A stretch of DNA of 63,844 nt, the filler included, from Craspedostauros australis (Eukaryota): NCBI GenBank assembly GCA_030167865.1. It is 4 parts of 4 records of this genome, joined end to end, with 100 filler letters (N's around TTAATTAATTAA, not from the genome) between each part and the next. Parts side by side here need not be neighbours in the genome. Positions count along the whole stretch, not along the records: positions 28,941 to 53,767 come from JALAGF010003282.1; 3 more parts are not named here. The stretch is one strand, 5' to 3'. The notes beneath the pieces are model-generated. The model ran no database searches. It had not been told where the DNA came from and saw only the letters and a list, made by a program, of their open reading frames with translations. The position numbers were made by a program, and so were the translations under genes. Shown piece after piece: positions 35,606 to 47,470 of this stretch; position 1 is the stretch's first letter, and each line of letters begins with the position of its first letter.

Positions 35606-37801
35606 TTAGTACCGCCTCAATCCGCACGCCTTCTCGGAGCTCTTTTTCTTCTTGCCGCGTCGTTCCCTGCCCTTGGCGGAGTTGGGATTGCGGCGACCGA
35701 ATCCCACCTTGATGTCCTCCACGCTGACCACGCCCTTGCTGTTGCAGCCGACGCTGGTGGCGATATCGCGACCGAACATGGATTGCGCCGAGGACCGCGA
35801 CTGACCGCCGGATCGGATCTTGACCTTCTGGTTCCAGACACCCGTCAGCATCTGGTCCTCGCGCAGCAGGAGGTCGCCCTGGAAGCGGTTGCCTGAGCCG
35901 GCCTTGGGCAGGGAGAACTTGGTGCCGCGCAGGTTGTGCTGGTAATTCTTCTTGAGATGGACCCGCAGACGTCCCGTCTTGCCGTCGACGCTGGCTGCGA
36001 TGCGGTGCATCATGTCGCTGCCGCAGTGCGCGCAGAACATGCGCTTCATGTTGTGGAGGGTGGGGTTGTTCTGGTTGGCCGTGTCGGCGTAGATCTTGAA
36101 GCACGCACCGCAGCGCATGACCCAGGATTTGAGCTTGCGGATCTTCATGCCGTCGACGGAGAGCAGCTCCAGGTTCATTTGGAGGATCACGTTTTGCATG
36201 GCGAAATCCGTGGTCGTGCAGGCTGTTCGCATGGTGATGGGAGGTCCGGTCTCCTTCTGGGTGGCGCGTGGTTGGTCACCCGGTTTGCGGGTGGGGTCGA
36301 GGATGCCGGATGATTTCATGCTACGGATGTCCGCCGTGGATGTGATCCATCCCTCGCCATCGTCTTCGATTTGATCTTCCTGTCCCCCCATACCACCGAT
36401 GATGCGGGATTGCGTTGACTTTGGTTTGGTGCTGGTGGCTGATGTTGGTTGTGGAGCTTCGTTCATCTCGTCATCGGCATCATCATCGTCGTCGTTGTTT
36501 TCATCAATTGATGACGCTGTCGCTGCTGCCTTCTTTTTGGCAGGCTTCGGCTTCATCAATTTGCCATACTTGCGGAAAGAATTGTAGGTCTTGCCAGATT
36601 TGGAGACTTGCTGCAGCGATGTCTTCTTGCGCTGCTCCAACTCTTCCTTGGTGAAGCCATGCGACTCCAACGATGTGTCATTCGAGGCAGCAGCAGCATC
36701 AGCCGCAACGTCGATGTTGTTTGGCTGCACGTCAGGTTCCGCTTCATCGTCGCTGCCTTCGTATGGCACCGTAGAGGCCGCACCAAGGCTCGGGAAATCC
36801 ATCTGAAGCTCTTCCTCCACCGTCTTGCCTGGCTGCGGTGCGCCGATCGTGAATGCTGGCGTTTGGGGTTGGTGCTGCTGCTCCATGACGGAGACATCGA
36901 AATCATCCTCGTCATCTTCGGCATCGCTGAACTGTCCGTCACCCGCAGTCGATGGCCTATCCTGAACGAGTTTCATTTTCCCGAACGGCGCGCTCAGGTC
37001 CTTCACATCAGATGCCTTCATCGGAGATGCGGTGACTTTTGGGAGACTGGCACTCGCCTTGTTGGGATTGACGAGCATGGCCCATGACTTCGGCCCCGGC
37101 TTGGACGCGGGAGGAGGTGTTGCTGGTTGAGCAGAACCTCCCTGCTTCTCTTTTGCGACCGGATTCGTTTGACTTTGATCGCCTTGAATGACATCGTTCT
37201 CTTCATCCTCGCTATCTTCTTCAACGATATCAACATCTTCAATGGCAGCTCCTGATTGGAAGAATGAAACACCATCGGCCTGCTTGCTCTCACCTCCCTT
37301 CTCAGCGTTGCTACCCGCTGTTGTAGCGGCCGTTGCAGTTGCATCCTGCGCATCGCCATCACCGATACCGCCGCCCAAACTCTGAATCTTGCCAACACCC
37401 AGCTTGCGCTTCGGCGTCGTGCGCACGTGCTTCATGTCGCCGCCGCATCCTTCCTTCTCGAGATCGTACTGCAAGGCCAGAACCTGCAGATCCACGCGAC
37501 TGAGACTCGTGTAATCGCCCGTCTGACGCGCAAAGTTGGTGACAGCCGCAACGGCCTCGGGCGTTGGCTCTTTCTCCTTGAGATCGAACGGCAGCTGCTG
37601 CAGATGCTGACGCGCCTTGGCGTCGCGGATCTCCTGCACGACGGCCGGCACGGTGTAGTACAGTTGCGCCTTGTGACGCAGGCTCGTCAATCCGGTCTGG
37701 CGGATGATGGGACCGGAGTCCACCACGAGGGCTCTGTACATTTGCGTCGGTCCTGTGCCGCCCGTCTTGCGCGACGTCGTGCCTGGACCCACCCAGCTCA
37801 T
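35606..37801 (-). CDS. NOB1: 20S pre-rRNA D-site endonuclease NOB1
   Basis: PIN domain LVVDSGPII...VVQEIRD...TGDYTSLSRVDLQVLAL; DDGEGWIT motif; ACTTTDFAMQNVILQM; Zn ribbon RCGACF...FCAHCG; NLRGTKFSLPK. Confidence 0.95.
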   Translation of the reverse strand: MSWVGPGTTSRKTGGTGPTQMYRALVVDSGPIIRQTGLTSLRHKAQLYYTVPAVVQEIRDAKARQHLQQLPFDLKEKEPTPEAVAAVTNFARQTGDYTSLSRVDLQVLALQYDLEKEGCGGDMKHVRTTPKRKLGVGKIQSLGGGIGDGDAQDATATAATTAGSNAEKGGESKQADGVSFFQSGAAIEDVDIVEEDSEDEENDVIQGDQSQTNPVAKEKQGGSAQPATPPPASKPGPKSWAMLVNPNKASASLPKVTASPMKASDVKDLSAPFGKMKLVQDRPSTAGDGQFSDAEDDEDDFDVSVMEQQHQPQTPAFTIGAPQPGKTVEEELQMDFPSLGAASTVPYEGSDDEAEPDVQPNNIDVAADAAAASNDTSLESHGFTKEELEQRKKTSLQQVSKSGKTYNSFRKYGKLMKPKPAKKKAAATASSIDENNDDDDDADDEMNEAPQPTSATSTKPKSTQSRIIGGMGGQEDQIEDDGEGWITSTADIRSMKSSGILDPTRKPGDQPRATQKETGPPITMRTACTTTDFAMQNVILQMNLELLSVDGMKIRKLKSWVMRCGACFKIYADTANQNNPTLHNMKRMFCAHCGSDMMHRIAASVDGKTGRLRVHLKKNYQHNLRGTKFSLPKAGSGNRFQGDLLLREDQMLTGVWNQKVKIRSGGQSRSSAQSMFGRDIATSVGCNSKGVVSVEDIKVGFGRRNPNSAKGRERRGKKKKSSEKACGLRRY

Positions 37802-38961
37802 GGCTGTCTGTCTGCCTGTCTATGGTGTTGGGGCTATTTATCCTTGCACTTCCACTGGCGCTTGCACCAATACGGTACGATAAGATCCAAGTATGGTGCT
37901 ACCTGTACGTCAGGATGGCAGTCCGAGTATGAAAGAACCCTTCGGATGCAGCAAGAGATGTGGATGCAGACTGATTTTGTGGGATGCACATCGTGGCTTG
38001 TAGCAACGTCGTGGAAACGGAAACAACGTGGAAACAGCAACATCGTGGAAGGAGAAATGAAAATGAGGAAAGTGTCGTTATTGTTGTTGGTTTCTCGCAT
38101 CTCACGTCTGATCGTCAACCGAAATCAAGTTCTTCAACACCGACTCAGTGGATTCAAATTGTCCAACCAACGAATTCTTGTGACGGGGAGCAAACAGCAC
38201 AACAACGGATCGGATGAGTCGGATTGGAACAGAACATGCAGACAGAACATGCAAACAGAACATGAAGAACAGATCCGCCCCACCAAGTGCCACGCACGCA
38301 CGCAACTGCGAGGCCACAGCCGAATCCGCTCCTCCGCACGACAGCCAGCGAATGGCACAACCAAAAACAAACGAAAAACGAACGACCACGACACAAAATT
38401 CCTGTTTGTGTTGAAAGATCGCTTCCAACACAACCACGCGAAGACCTCCTCCATCGGACTCGTCCTCGACAGGCTTTTGTGCACCCGCCGCCGCCCCAGT
38501 TCGCCGCACCACACGCGGTTTCTGCCGGCTGCAGGACTGGCAATACGCGACTTAACAGATATTAGCCGCCAGTAAACCAGATGACAACAGCAAGCACAAT
38601 GTCCGTGTAGAGACGACAAATAAGAATGGCGGTGGGAACCGCCACAATCGGCAAAACACACACGCACAAATGCACGTTGCACAACAAGGATTCCATCGCG
38701 CTCGCAAATCAACAAAGTGCTTCCACGATCGTGACACAAAATTGGTTGAATTCAAGACCTCATTGCTGTGCTTCTCCCATCAACAACTCCATCTCTCGGT
38801 CTCTCGATCTCCGACTCTTTGGTGCGGGTCTGTGTCGGTGGATTGGATCTCTCTGCGAGAACAAGCATTCTCTCAACCTCTCTCTCTGGCTTGTTGGCGG
38901 CATCCATCTCATCAGCGGTGCAACTGTTGCGAACAACGTTGCGTTGGATCGCAGCATCACC

Positions 38962-41900
38962 ATGACGATGACGGGAGATCCAAGTGCTACTGTCGCTGTT
39001 GCCGTTGCAGCTGCGAAGCCCACTTCGATTGCGAATCATGTCGATCCTGCAATTGTGGGGAACGGCGAGGCCACCAAAGAAGCCGAGGTCGTGACACGAG
39101 CAACGGCGGCCCCATCGACAGCCAACCAAAGTGGGCAAAAAGATCAAAATCATGCGAACGCACAACCGAGCACCAATGGGAATGATGCCACCCATCAAGG
39201 TACTGTCGCCACCACTACCACAACAAATAGCAACAACAACAACAGCGATACGACCATGAGCATCGCGGCCGCCTCGAATGCGGATGCCGTTAAAGCTGCT
39301 GCAGCAGCGGCCGCTGCGGCCTTTGTGGCGGCTGCAACGCCTGTTTTGGGTGCACCGTCCATAGTCGCAGACAAGGCCGGAGTGGAGGCTGCCGTGGAAG
39401 CCGCGGCGGCTGTTGCAGCGGATGGCGATGGCAACATTAATGTCGATGCGAGTGTCGTTCAGGCGGCCAGCGCAGCGGCAGAGGCATCCAGCAGCAGTCA
39501 GGCCAATGCGTCCAACGATGTTGCGGGTGCCATTGATGCCGTTCCAGTCATGAAGGATGCGCATGTGAACATGGCAATGAACGCAGACATGACCACCAAC
39601 ATGCCAATTGTTCAAGGGGGCCGTCCACAAAATGTGACCAACGCAGATTCAACTGCAGTGCCGATCAATTCTTCACCTCCGACCGCAGTCGCACAATCCG
39701 CAACGCAACACGCCTATCAACAACCAGGCCATGTCCAACTCAATAATAAGGGCAGCGATGCAATGCAGCTTGATCCAACGCAGAACTACCAGCCCTTCCA
39801 ACAACATCATGTCCAACAGCAGGGAGAGGGTCACATCTTGAATCAATATCAACAGGCACAGTCCCAACCGCCGCCGCAGCTTCAATATCAGCAGCAACAA
39901 CAACAACAGCAATCTCAATTTCATGAGAATGGTCTCCATCCAGTTCAAGGCGCCGAGGAATTCGTTGGGACGGTGGTACACCCTGCAGACGCTGATGTGG
40001 ACGCTGAAGCCGTCGCCTTGGCAACCATGCAAGAGGCAGCTGTCATCATGATGGCGCCTCCTCCTCCCATCAATGGAGCCCCAACAACGGTAGTGCCAGC
40101 AACGCCAGTGACAGCAACACCCATCGCAACAGTTGTAGTCGCAGAAGCAACGCCAGTGGTGGCAGCAACGGCAGTACAGGATAACGCGCAGACAACACAG
40201 CCAATGCCAACCGTAATCGCGAACGCAGCAACATCGACATTGGCACTGAGCAGCATTCCAGATACAAACGGCAACGCCAACCTCGGTGTCGGTGTCAATG
40301 CAGTCCACAACACAAACGCGAATGGTATCCCACCCACGATGTTGGACATGCCGAATCAACCACAGCAGTTTCAAAATGTGGATCTCAGCACAAACGCAGG
40401 GGCCTTTGGAACTCCGATAAAGGGGAACAAGCGCCCGCATCCCGGCGCGAATCAACATGCTCCAACCAACATGGATGGCAATGCAACAGCTTCTGTTGCC
40501 ACGCCAGTAACCGTGCATGCCACAAACGTCCAACAGCCCGTAGTGACTACAACCACCACACCGCGCAAACGACAGAGACGTCCTCCAACTCGCGTGCCCT
40601 GGGAGGTTCGTATGGCAGAATTGGCCAAGTACAAACAGGAGCACGGGAACCTCCTCATTCCCATCCGCTACAAGCTCAACCCCAGCCTCGGAAAGTTCGT
40701 GCACAACACGCGCGAACAGTACAAACTCTACCACCACCTTTCGCCTGTCGGATATCAGAAATCCTGCTCCCTCACGCCCGATCGCGTTGCGCAGCTCGAG
40801 ACGATGGGTTTCGTGTGGAGCACGCAGCGCGGCAAGCACCAGGAGCAGGAATGGCAGACCCGGTTCCAGCAACTTCAGCAGTACAAGAAGGACAACGGGC
40901 ATTGTCTTGTGCCGCATGGATATCCGCCCGATCCGAGCTTTGCCGAATGGGTGCATCGGCAGCGAACGACCTACATTCATTGGAAGAAGCGACGCGATAA
41001 GCAGAAAATCGCAGAGGAGCAGCTTCAGCAACCATCAGAAGGACAACATGCACAGCAGGAACAGCAAGACGCAACTGATGCAACAGATGTGACTCAACCA
41101 GGTGCGGAACAGACACCCATTTCTGGACAACAACAGCAGCAGCAAACAGCAGAGCAGACGCAACCACAGACCCCAACGCAACAAGCACCAAATGCCGTGC
41201 AAGAACAACCACAAACATCATCACCAACATCGCCTCTCCTCCCAACCAAAGTCAATGCCGCCCGGCGAAAGCAACGCAGAGAATCAGAAGACCGCATCGC
41301 CCATCGCATGCAGCAGCTGCAGGACTTGGGATTCAAGTTCCAGGTCCATTCTGACAAGTGGATGGATCATTGGCACCGCCTCAAGGCCTACCGCGACGCG
41401 AATGGTGATTGCCTTGTGCCCACCCATTACGCGCAAGACAACAAGTTGGGACGGTGGGTGCACACACAACGGCATCAGCGGCGGTTGTGGAAGAAGGGTG
41501 GGAAATCGTAAGTCTTCACATTGTGTTGTGGTTGATGTTGTTATCTCTTGTCGTTCATTGTACGCTCATTCCATACTCATTCCATACTCACTCCACACCC
41601 ACGTCACACCCACCGCTCTCTGCAGCTCCATGACGCAACACCGCGAGGACATGCTGAACGAACTGAACTTCGCGTGGGACGTGCGCAATCCCTTGGACAG
41701 ACCCCGCAAGACATGGTTGCAGTACTACGACGAACTGACATCGTGCGACAGCTTCGTGGTGTGCCCCAAGGAGAATCCGCTGCTGCACGCGTGGGTATAT
41801 GAACAAAAATACCGGTTGAAATGGATCAGCCAGCACGGCGACACGGCGGCCATGACGAGCACGAAGGAGCAGATGATGAATCGCATGAGCGCGGATCGTA

Positions 41901-42001
41901 TTCGGAAGTTGGCGGAGGTTGGGTTCACGAAGGAGGCCATCATCCATCCGCAATCGCCGGCAAAACCCCAGCAGCGCAACGCAAGCACCAGCAACGAATG
42001 A
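38962..42001 (+). CDS. Helicase-associated (HA) repeat protein with long A/Q/T-rich N-terminus; exons 38962-41507, 41626-42001
   Basis: Three clear HA repeats (WEVRMAELAKYKQEHGNLLIP...LGKFV; WQTRFQQLQQYKKDNGHCLVP...WVHRQR; WMDHWHRLKAYRDANGDCLVP...LGRWVHTQR) plus a degenerate fourth. In-frame intron 41508-41625. Start inferred at MTMTGD. Confidence 0.85.
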
Positions 42002-42126
42002 ACCCACCATAGTAGCAGAGCATGATACCCGTGGTGGTTCGTTGTCACATAGGTCATATTAGAATCTACTAGTACAGGGGATATAAGTAAGAGTATTGGA
42101 ATGGCAAGTGGATAGTCATGTCGCGC

Positions 42127-43688
42127 TCAAACTTCCGCCGTAATGGGCTCGAGCTGAAGCTCCAGGCTGCCGATGGTCCCGTCCGTCTGCGCCCAGCTGT
42201 CCGCGTCGGATTCGGAGGTGCTGTCGGGAATCCCCTGCATGGTCATGCCGTATCCTGGACGCGGGTGCGCCTGACGTCCGTGGATCCCCATGAGCTGGTC
42301 CTTGAAGGAGTTCCCGAAATCGAATTCCATCGGATCCTGGGGCTGGTGCTGCTGCTGGTAACTGCCGCTGCTGTTGGGGCTGATGCCGTGCAGGTTGCCT
42401 ATCTGCTGCGTCTCATCTGGGTCGAATTCCTGCGTGGGGACGACGCCTCCGTCCTCCATGGAGAGAGTGATCTGCGGGGCGTCAAAGTCCTCGGCATCGT
42501 GGCTCTTGCTCTCCGTGTTGGTTGGGTTCGGATGCTGGAACTGGAGGTCTGACTTGCTGAGGGCGAATTCTGTGTCCCGTTGGTCGTGGTAGGCCTGTCG
42601 TCTTCTCCAGAGGACGAGGAGGATGCCCAGGAAGGCCATGACGAAGGCTGCCACGAGCAATCCGCCGACGATGGTGATGGTGTTTCCGTCATCGGACTGC
42701 GCAATCGGTTGCGGGTCCTTCTCGATGGATTGCGGCGGCGCGAGCTCGTCCCTTCCCGCGTCACCCCCTTGATTTGGATCCTTGACCGGAGCCCCGATGT
42801 ACTTGACCCTGACAGAGGAGTTCGTGAGGTCCATTTCATCGACGATGGTGGCGATCTGCTCTGTGACTGCTGGCAGATCCGGGTCCTTCATGGGAAGGAC
42901 GACCTTAACATCGACCTGTCCCTCGTAGAACCCGCAATCTTCTCCTGCAACTGACGATAGCTCTCTGCATGTTTCTGTGTAGGCATGCGGCGGAGGAATG
43001 AAATGCAGAGCAGGGTGGTTTTGAGCGGATAAATGAAGTTGAGTAAATAAATGAAGTTGAATGGATGAAAGATAGAGAGGGGAGTGGGTAATTGTGAGTA
43101 AAGAACAGGTATGGATATGGATTGGCATGTACGCTGAGCATTTGCACACAGTGCAGTCTGCGATGTTAGACGAGATGGGTTCGCCAATCTGTCAGATCTG
43201 CCGTCCGAGTACACATGGTTCGATTGGCCTCCACAAGAGTGAGTGATCGATCGTTCCTTCTCCCTCACATTGTGCATCTCTCGCAATGCAGAATCAAGGA
43301 CTGATCCAATTCGTCTTTCATTGGACACACACACGCTGCATATCAGCGACAGCAACACGCCACTGATACGATACATACCAAACATCTCCACCTTGCGAAA
43401 CTGGGCCGGCCGCGATGTGAAGTCCACCACCCAATCCGTGTTAACGCGCTCGAAGCACGCCTGATCCTGCTCGAATCCGTAGGCCTTGGCCATGCCCTGC
43501 AGGAACTGCTGACGCACGGCCTCCAAGCCCACGGCAACTTCATTGGCCGAATCCGGCACGGACATGTCGAAGTAGAAGGTCATGGAGGCGTCGCCCAGCG
43601 TGTTGACCGACACGATGCGTTCGCACGTGTATCCGATGAGGTTGTCGGTGGTGTCCTGCAGGAAGACTGGCTTCGGAGTTTCCGTCAT
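42127..43688 (-). CDS. Hypothetical single-pass (type I-like) membrane protein; exons 43688-43379, 42974-42127
   Basis: A GT-AG intron (43378-42975) joins ...KVEMF to ETCRELS... in frame. Cys-containing ectodomain, TM ITIVGGLLVAAFVMAFLGILLVLW followed by RRR, acidic tail. The true 5' end may lie further upstream. Confidence 0.7.
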
Positions 43689-44985
43689 GGTGGCTGTGTA
43701 TTCTCTTTTCTTGCTGCTGTTGTGCTTTCTTGTTGGCTGTTGCTTGGTCAATGTCACAATTGTGCGACAACTGTATGTGTTCCTATGATGATTGTATGTA
43801 TGTGTATTTGTCGGAGACAAGTTCGATGGAGCACTCTCTCCAGAAGCAAACGGAGACTGAAGGTCTTTTGCTGCTTCGTGTTGTCTTGTTGCTGCGTGGT
43901 TTCCTGTGACTGCGCTTCAGATGGGACGTGGTGTTGTCGTTGGCAGCATTAACTGATCAGGACAACAGCTTTGGTGTGACGGTTGATGAGCTGAGAGGAA
44001 CGTTGCAATTCCAGACCTGGCAAATAATGCTGCTGCTTATGCTTAGGCTGATGATAATGCCAATGCTTGTGCTGATCGCCAGTCCTCGATGCAAATGAAG
44101 ACGGTGATTGAGTGATCGAATGATAGTGATGGTGATAGTGATAGTGAGGGTGAAGGTTGCAGGCGCTTCGCCAATCGTTTGTGTGATGCTGTTGTCGAAC
44201 GTGTTGTTCCTTGTTTACTCAACTCGCTTACAATTCCGACACTGTGGTTATTGCTGTAGCATACAGAGCACTGGAATGGTTCGAGTATCCCCTTATTGAT
44301 CGGTTGCTCGTCGGATTGCGCGCGAAATGGAGATGTTTGTCGTTTCTTGCTGTCGTTTCTTGGTTGTCCTTTTTTCTTTGTCGTCTCCGTTGCGTTAGCT
44401 TGACTTCGGCGAATTGCGTGTTTGTGCGATGCGTTTCCCTCTCCTCGCGCTTTTGTCGTTGTCCGTCGCCGTGCTCATCCAATCGTGTGAGTTGCGCTTC
44501 TTGGCCATTGCCGTGTCTGTTTGCACGCAAGCGAGTGTCGCAACAGCCATTCCAGGCGGTTTCTTATCCTTTCACTGTGCCGCGCAAAGAGCTTCTTCAC
44601 CACTTTGCGGCCAACCGCGTGCCAACGGTTCCGGTCACATGTATTTCAAGTATATGCGTCCACGAATATAAATATTAACAGTCACATCGAAGAAACTTGG
44701 TCGCAAACGGAATCAAGTCCATCTGGTCGATTCACCACTGCTGACGTCATCGTTCGAAAGCGAATCCGAAGAAATCGACAATCAAACAAACAACGAAACG
44801 AAATCGAGAACCACGAAGACGTCGACAGGATCGTGTTCGACCATGGCGCAGCGATAATGATCGTGCCGTTCCACACGCTGCGTGTGATTGCTCACAATCC
44901 CAATCCATGCCTTTCAGACCCAAGGCAATCAACAGCGGCCCAGCGCAGACCAGAGACGACACCATCCAACAACAGCGGCTGTGAC

Positions 44986-45564
44986 ATGAAGACTAGCACT
45001 CAATCGCGGAGGAGGGACTGCTCACACGGCATCCTTCTTGTCTCCACGATCCTTGTGGCAGCCTTCCTCTCCGTCATCCAGCCTGCCCACAGCTTCACCA
45101 CTATGGTGCCTCGGCATCATTGCACATCGCCAGCATCAACACAAGCAGTATCAACATCGTCATCGTCATCATCATCGGCGCTCGATTGCATCTGCATTCA
45201 TTGCAAACACGTGACGAACTGCGAGGCCTACCATTTCGTGGAAACCAAACACGATCAGCCGCACATGACCGAAAACCCCACGTTCACACCGCGCGATGGC
45301 AGCCCCACGATCCACGTCAATATTCGCAACGCTCGCGCCGACGACGAGACGCAGCGCATGTGGCGTGAGCATGCCTCCGAGACCGAGAAAGCGCAGGCCA
45401 ACGGCGATGTGCTGGTGGGAGAAACCAAGTACGATCTGGGATCGCACACGACGATGGAATATGATGTCGTGGGATGCCAGGATTTCGTTCAGGATCAAGA
45501 TGCGTGGGTGCGCAACATGCCGGAGGAGATACGCCTTGCCAATCCGTATTTTGTGCCGACGTGA
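44986..45564 (+). CDS. ycf34: Nuclear-encoded, plastid-targeted Ycf34 family protein
   Basis: CICIHCKHVTNCEAYHFVETKHDQPH...PTIHVNIR...EYDVVGCQDF matches the cyanobacterial Ycf34 pattern. It is preceded by a signal peptide ending AHS-F and a Ser-rich transit peptide. Confidence 0.85.
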   Translation: MKTSTQSRRRDCSHGILLVSTILVAAFLSVIQPAHSFTTMVPRHHCTSPASTQAVSTSSSSSSSALDCICIHCKHVTNCEAYHFVETKHDQPHMTENPTFTPRDGSPTIHVNIRNARADDETQRMWREHASETEKAQANGDVLVGETKYDLGSHTTMEYDVVGCQDFVQDQDAWVRNMPEEIRLANPYFVPT

Positions 45565-45794
45565 ACAGCCAAGATAAATGGTGGTTCTTGACGATGCTGT
45601 GTATGCTGGAACACTACGTACGTTTCATTCCGCTGGCATATTAGTACAATACCATGGATTCAATACAACTACTATCCACAGAAAATAGGAACATGATTTG
45701 AGAGAAGCAGTCATGTGAAAGTGCGCCATTCTATTTTATTATACAATATATCAGTGGATCAGAGCACAGCAGGACAGTAAAGTGTCATGCTCTC

Positions 45795-46295
45795 TCATGG
45801 TTGCGGACATGACTCGTTGCCCCTTGAAATAGCCTTGCCAAATTCTCTCGGCCATGTGACGATGCGTTCCAAGAAATGATTGATGCTCCGGAAGGCTCTG
45901 CAACAATCCTCGAATGGCTGTGGTATGTGCGTTAGCAAGATGGCCGTGGTTTCGTAGTGATCCCCGAAAGGCACATAGTGTGTGTGGTAAGTATCCGTGC
46001 AGGATCGATCACGGCAATGCCAATGGCAATTGATTCATTGTGTGTGTGGATGGGTGAGTGGAATGAATGAATGAGTGCGTTTGGATGAAACATGCCGTGT
46101 GATGCGAATGAGTGACCTCTCCGTCCATCTATCCATCCATACATCTATCTATCCATACATCTATCCACACGAGAAACGCCAACGTACCTGCAACAGGATC
46201 CACAGGAAGGAAACAAAGGCTGCCAGCGGCCATACCAAAAATATCAGAATCAGGATCCATAGGATGGACATGCAAATGTGGTTGCCGCGAGCCAT
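45795..46295 (-). CDS. 76-aa spliced small membrane protein; exons 46295-46188, 45917-45795
   Basis: MARGNHICMSILWILILIFLVWPLAAFVSFLWILLQ|PFEDCCRAFRSINHFLERIVTWPREFGKAISRGNESCPQP*. Canonical CAG/gtacgt donor and cacag acceptor, phase 0. Confidence 0.8.
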
Positions 46296-47470
46296 GTTGC
46301 CTGTGTTCGTATGGTGTAATACGTAGGTGGAATAGTGGTGGAATGGACATGTACTATTATAATGTGTCGAGAACAAAAGCAAGGTGAATGGCTTTGTGTG
46401 TTGTGCAGCGTTGTGTGGTGAGATCGTCTTTGCCATCACGTTTTGCACAAAGCCACAACGCATGCCATCACACATCACAAATGACACAGGTTTTTGGCGC
46501 CAAACTGTGCGCAAAACTCTTCCCTGTTTCTCCATCCATGTCGTCTCCGACACATGATGAGACTCCAACCACATGCAATGCTTCCAACACGATTGAGGTG
46601 CTCACATCTTTCGCGAAAGATGGCAACAACATTGTCAACAACAATGACGGCGCTATCGAAAGAGCACACACCTGTTGCGTGCGCATTGGCACTGCAGCCA
46701 CCTACTATACTCACTTTGGTAATACTCACTTGCTTGCATCGTTCACGCAACACTCAGGAATTGATCATGATGAGGCAGACGACTCTGCGAGGATGGATGT
46801 GCTCAGGATCATGTCGAGGTAGCAGCTGTGTTGTGTCAACGTCCGAGCAATGGATTGTTGACTGTGGAACCTCCTGGTGAACATGTCGAACAGAGAGAGG
46901 ACCGTTTTGCTTTGATCAGTCCTGGCACAGTTGGGCAATATTATACAATAGAATAGATCGTATTCTACACAGTTTCAAGAAAGCTCCAAGTTGGCACGTG
47001 GAGCATGTCGTGTTGTTGATAATGGTGCGGTGCCACGTGCGATTCCTGCCGAAGACCAGCCAATAGCATTGTGCACCCTTCCACTCTTCTCTCTGGCTCG
47101 TATGGTAGAGTGGTTTGTCGATACCGTGGTTACCATGGCATCTGCTGCGATAGTCCGAGTATACTGCAGTGATGAATTTTGAGAGAGGCAGAGCTTGCGG
47201 CCGATGTCGCTCATTTCCGATGAATGACGCCAATGAAGCCCTTCCCGTATCGGACCAGACTGCGAGTTGCATACATTATACGTAAAATACAACGATACCA
47301 GTCTGTTACTCTCCAGAGTAGCTTGAATATCCCGACAGCTTTGTTCTATTGCATTGTAACAGAATCCTGTCGCCATCCCGCTTTGCCGCTCTTCCGACGG
47401 CTCCAGTCCACGTCACATTCATGCCTCCCTTCCAAAAGAAGACGAGGTCACCTCCGCATCAAAACTGTAT

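Noticed and set aside
32143..37801. PLC, NOB1 and CoaD proximity as a functional cluster
   Set aside because: Unrelated housekeeping functions; tight spacing is normal in compact diatom genomes.
37427..38575. 382-aa ORF between NOB1 and the HA gene
   Set aside because: Partly antisense to NOB1, and the rest has intergenic composition with no motifs.
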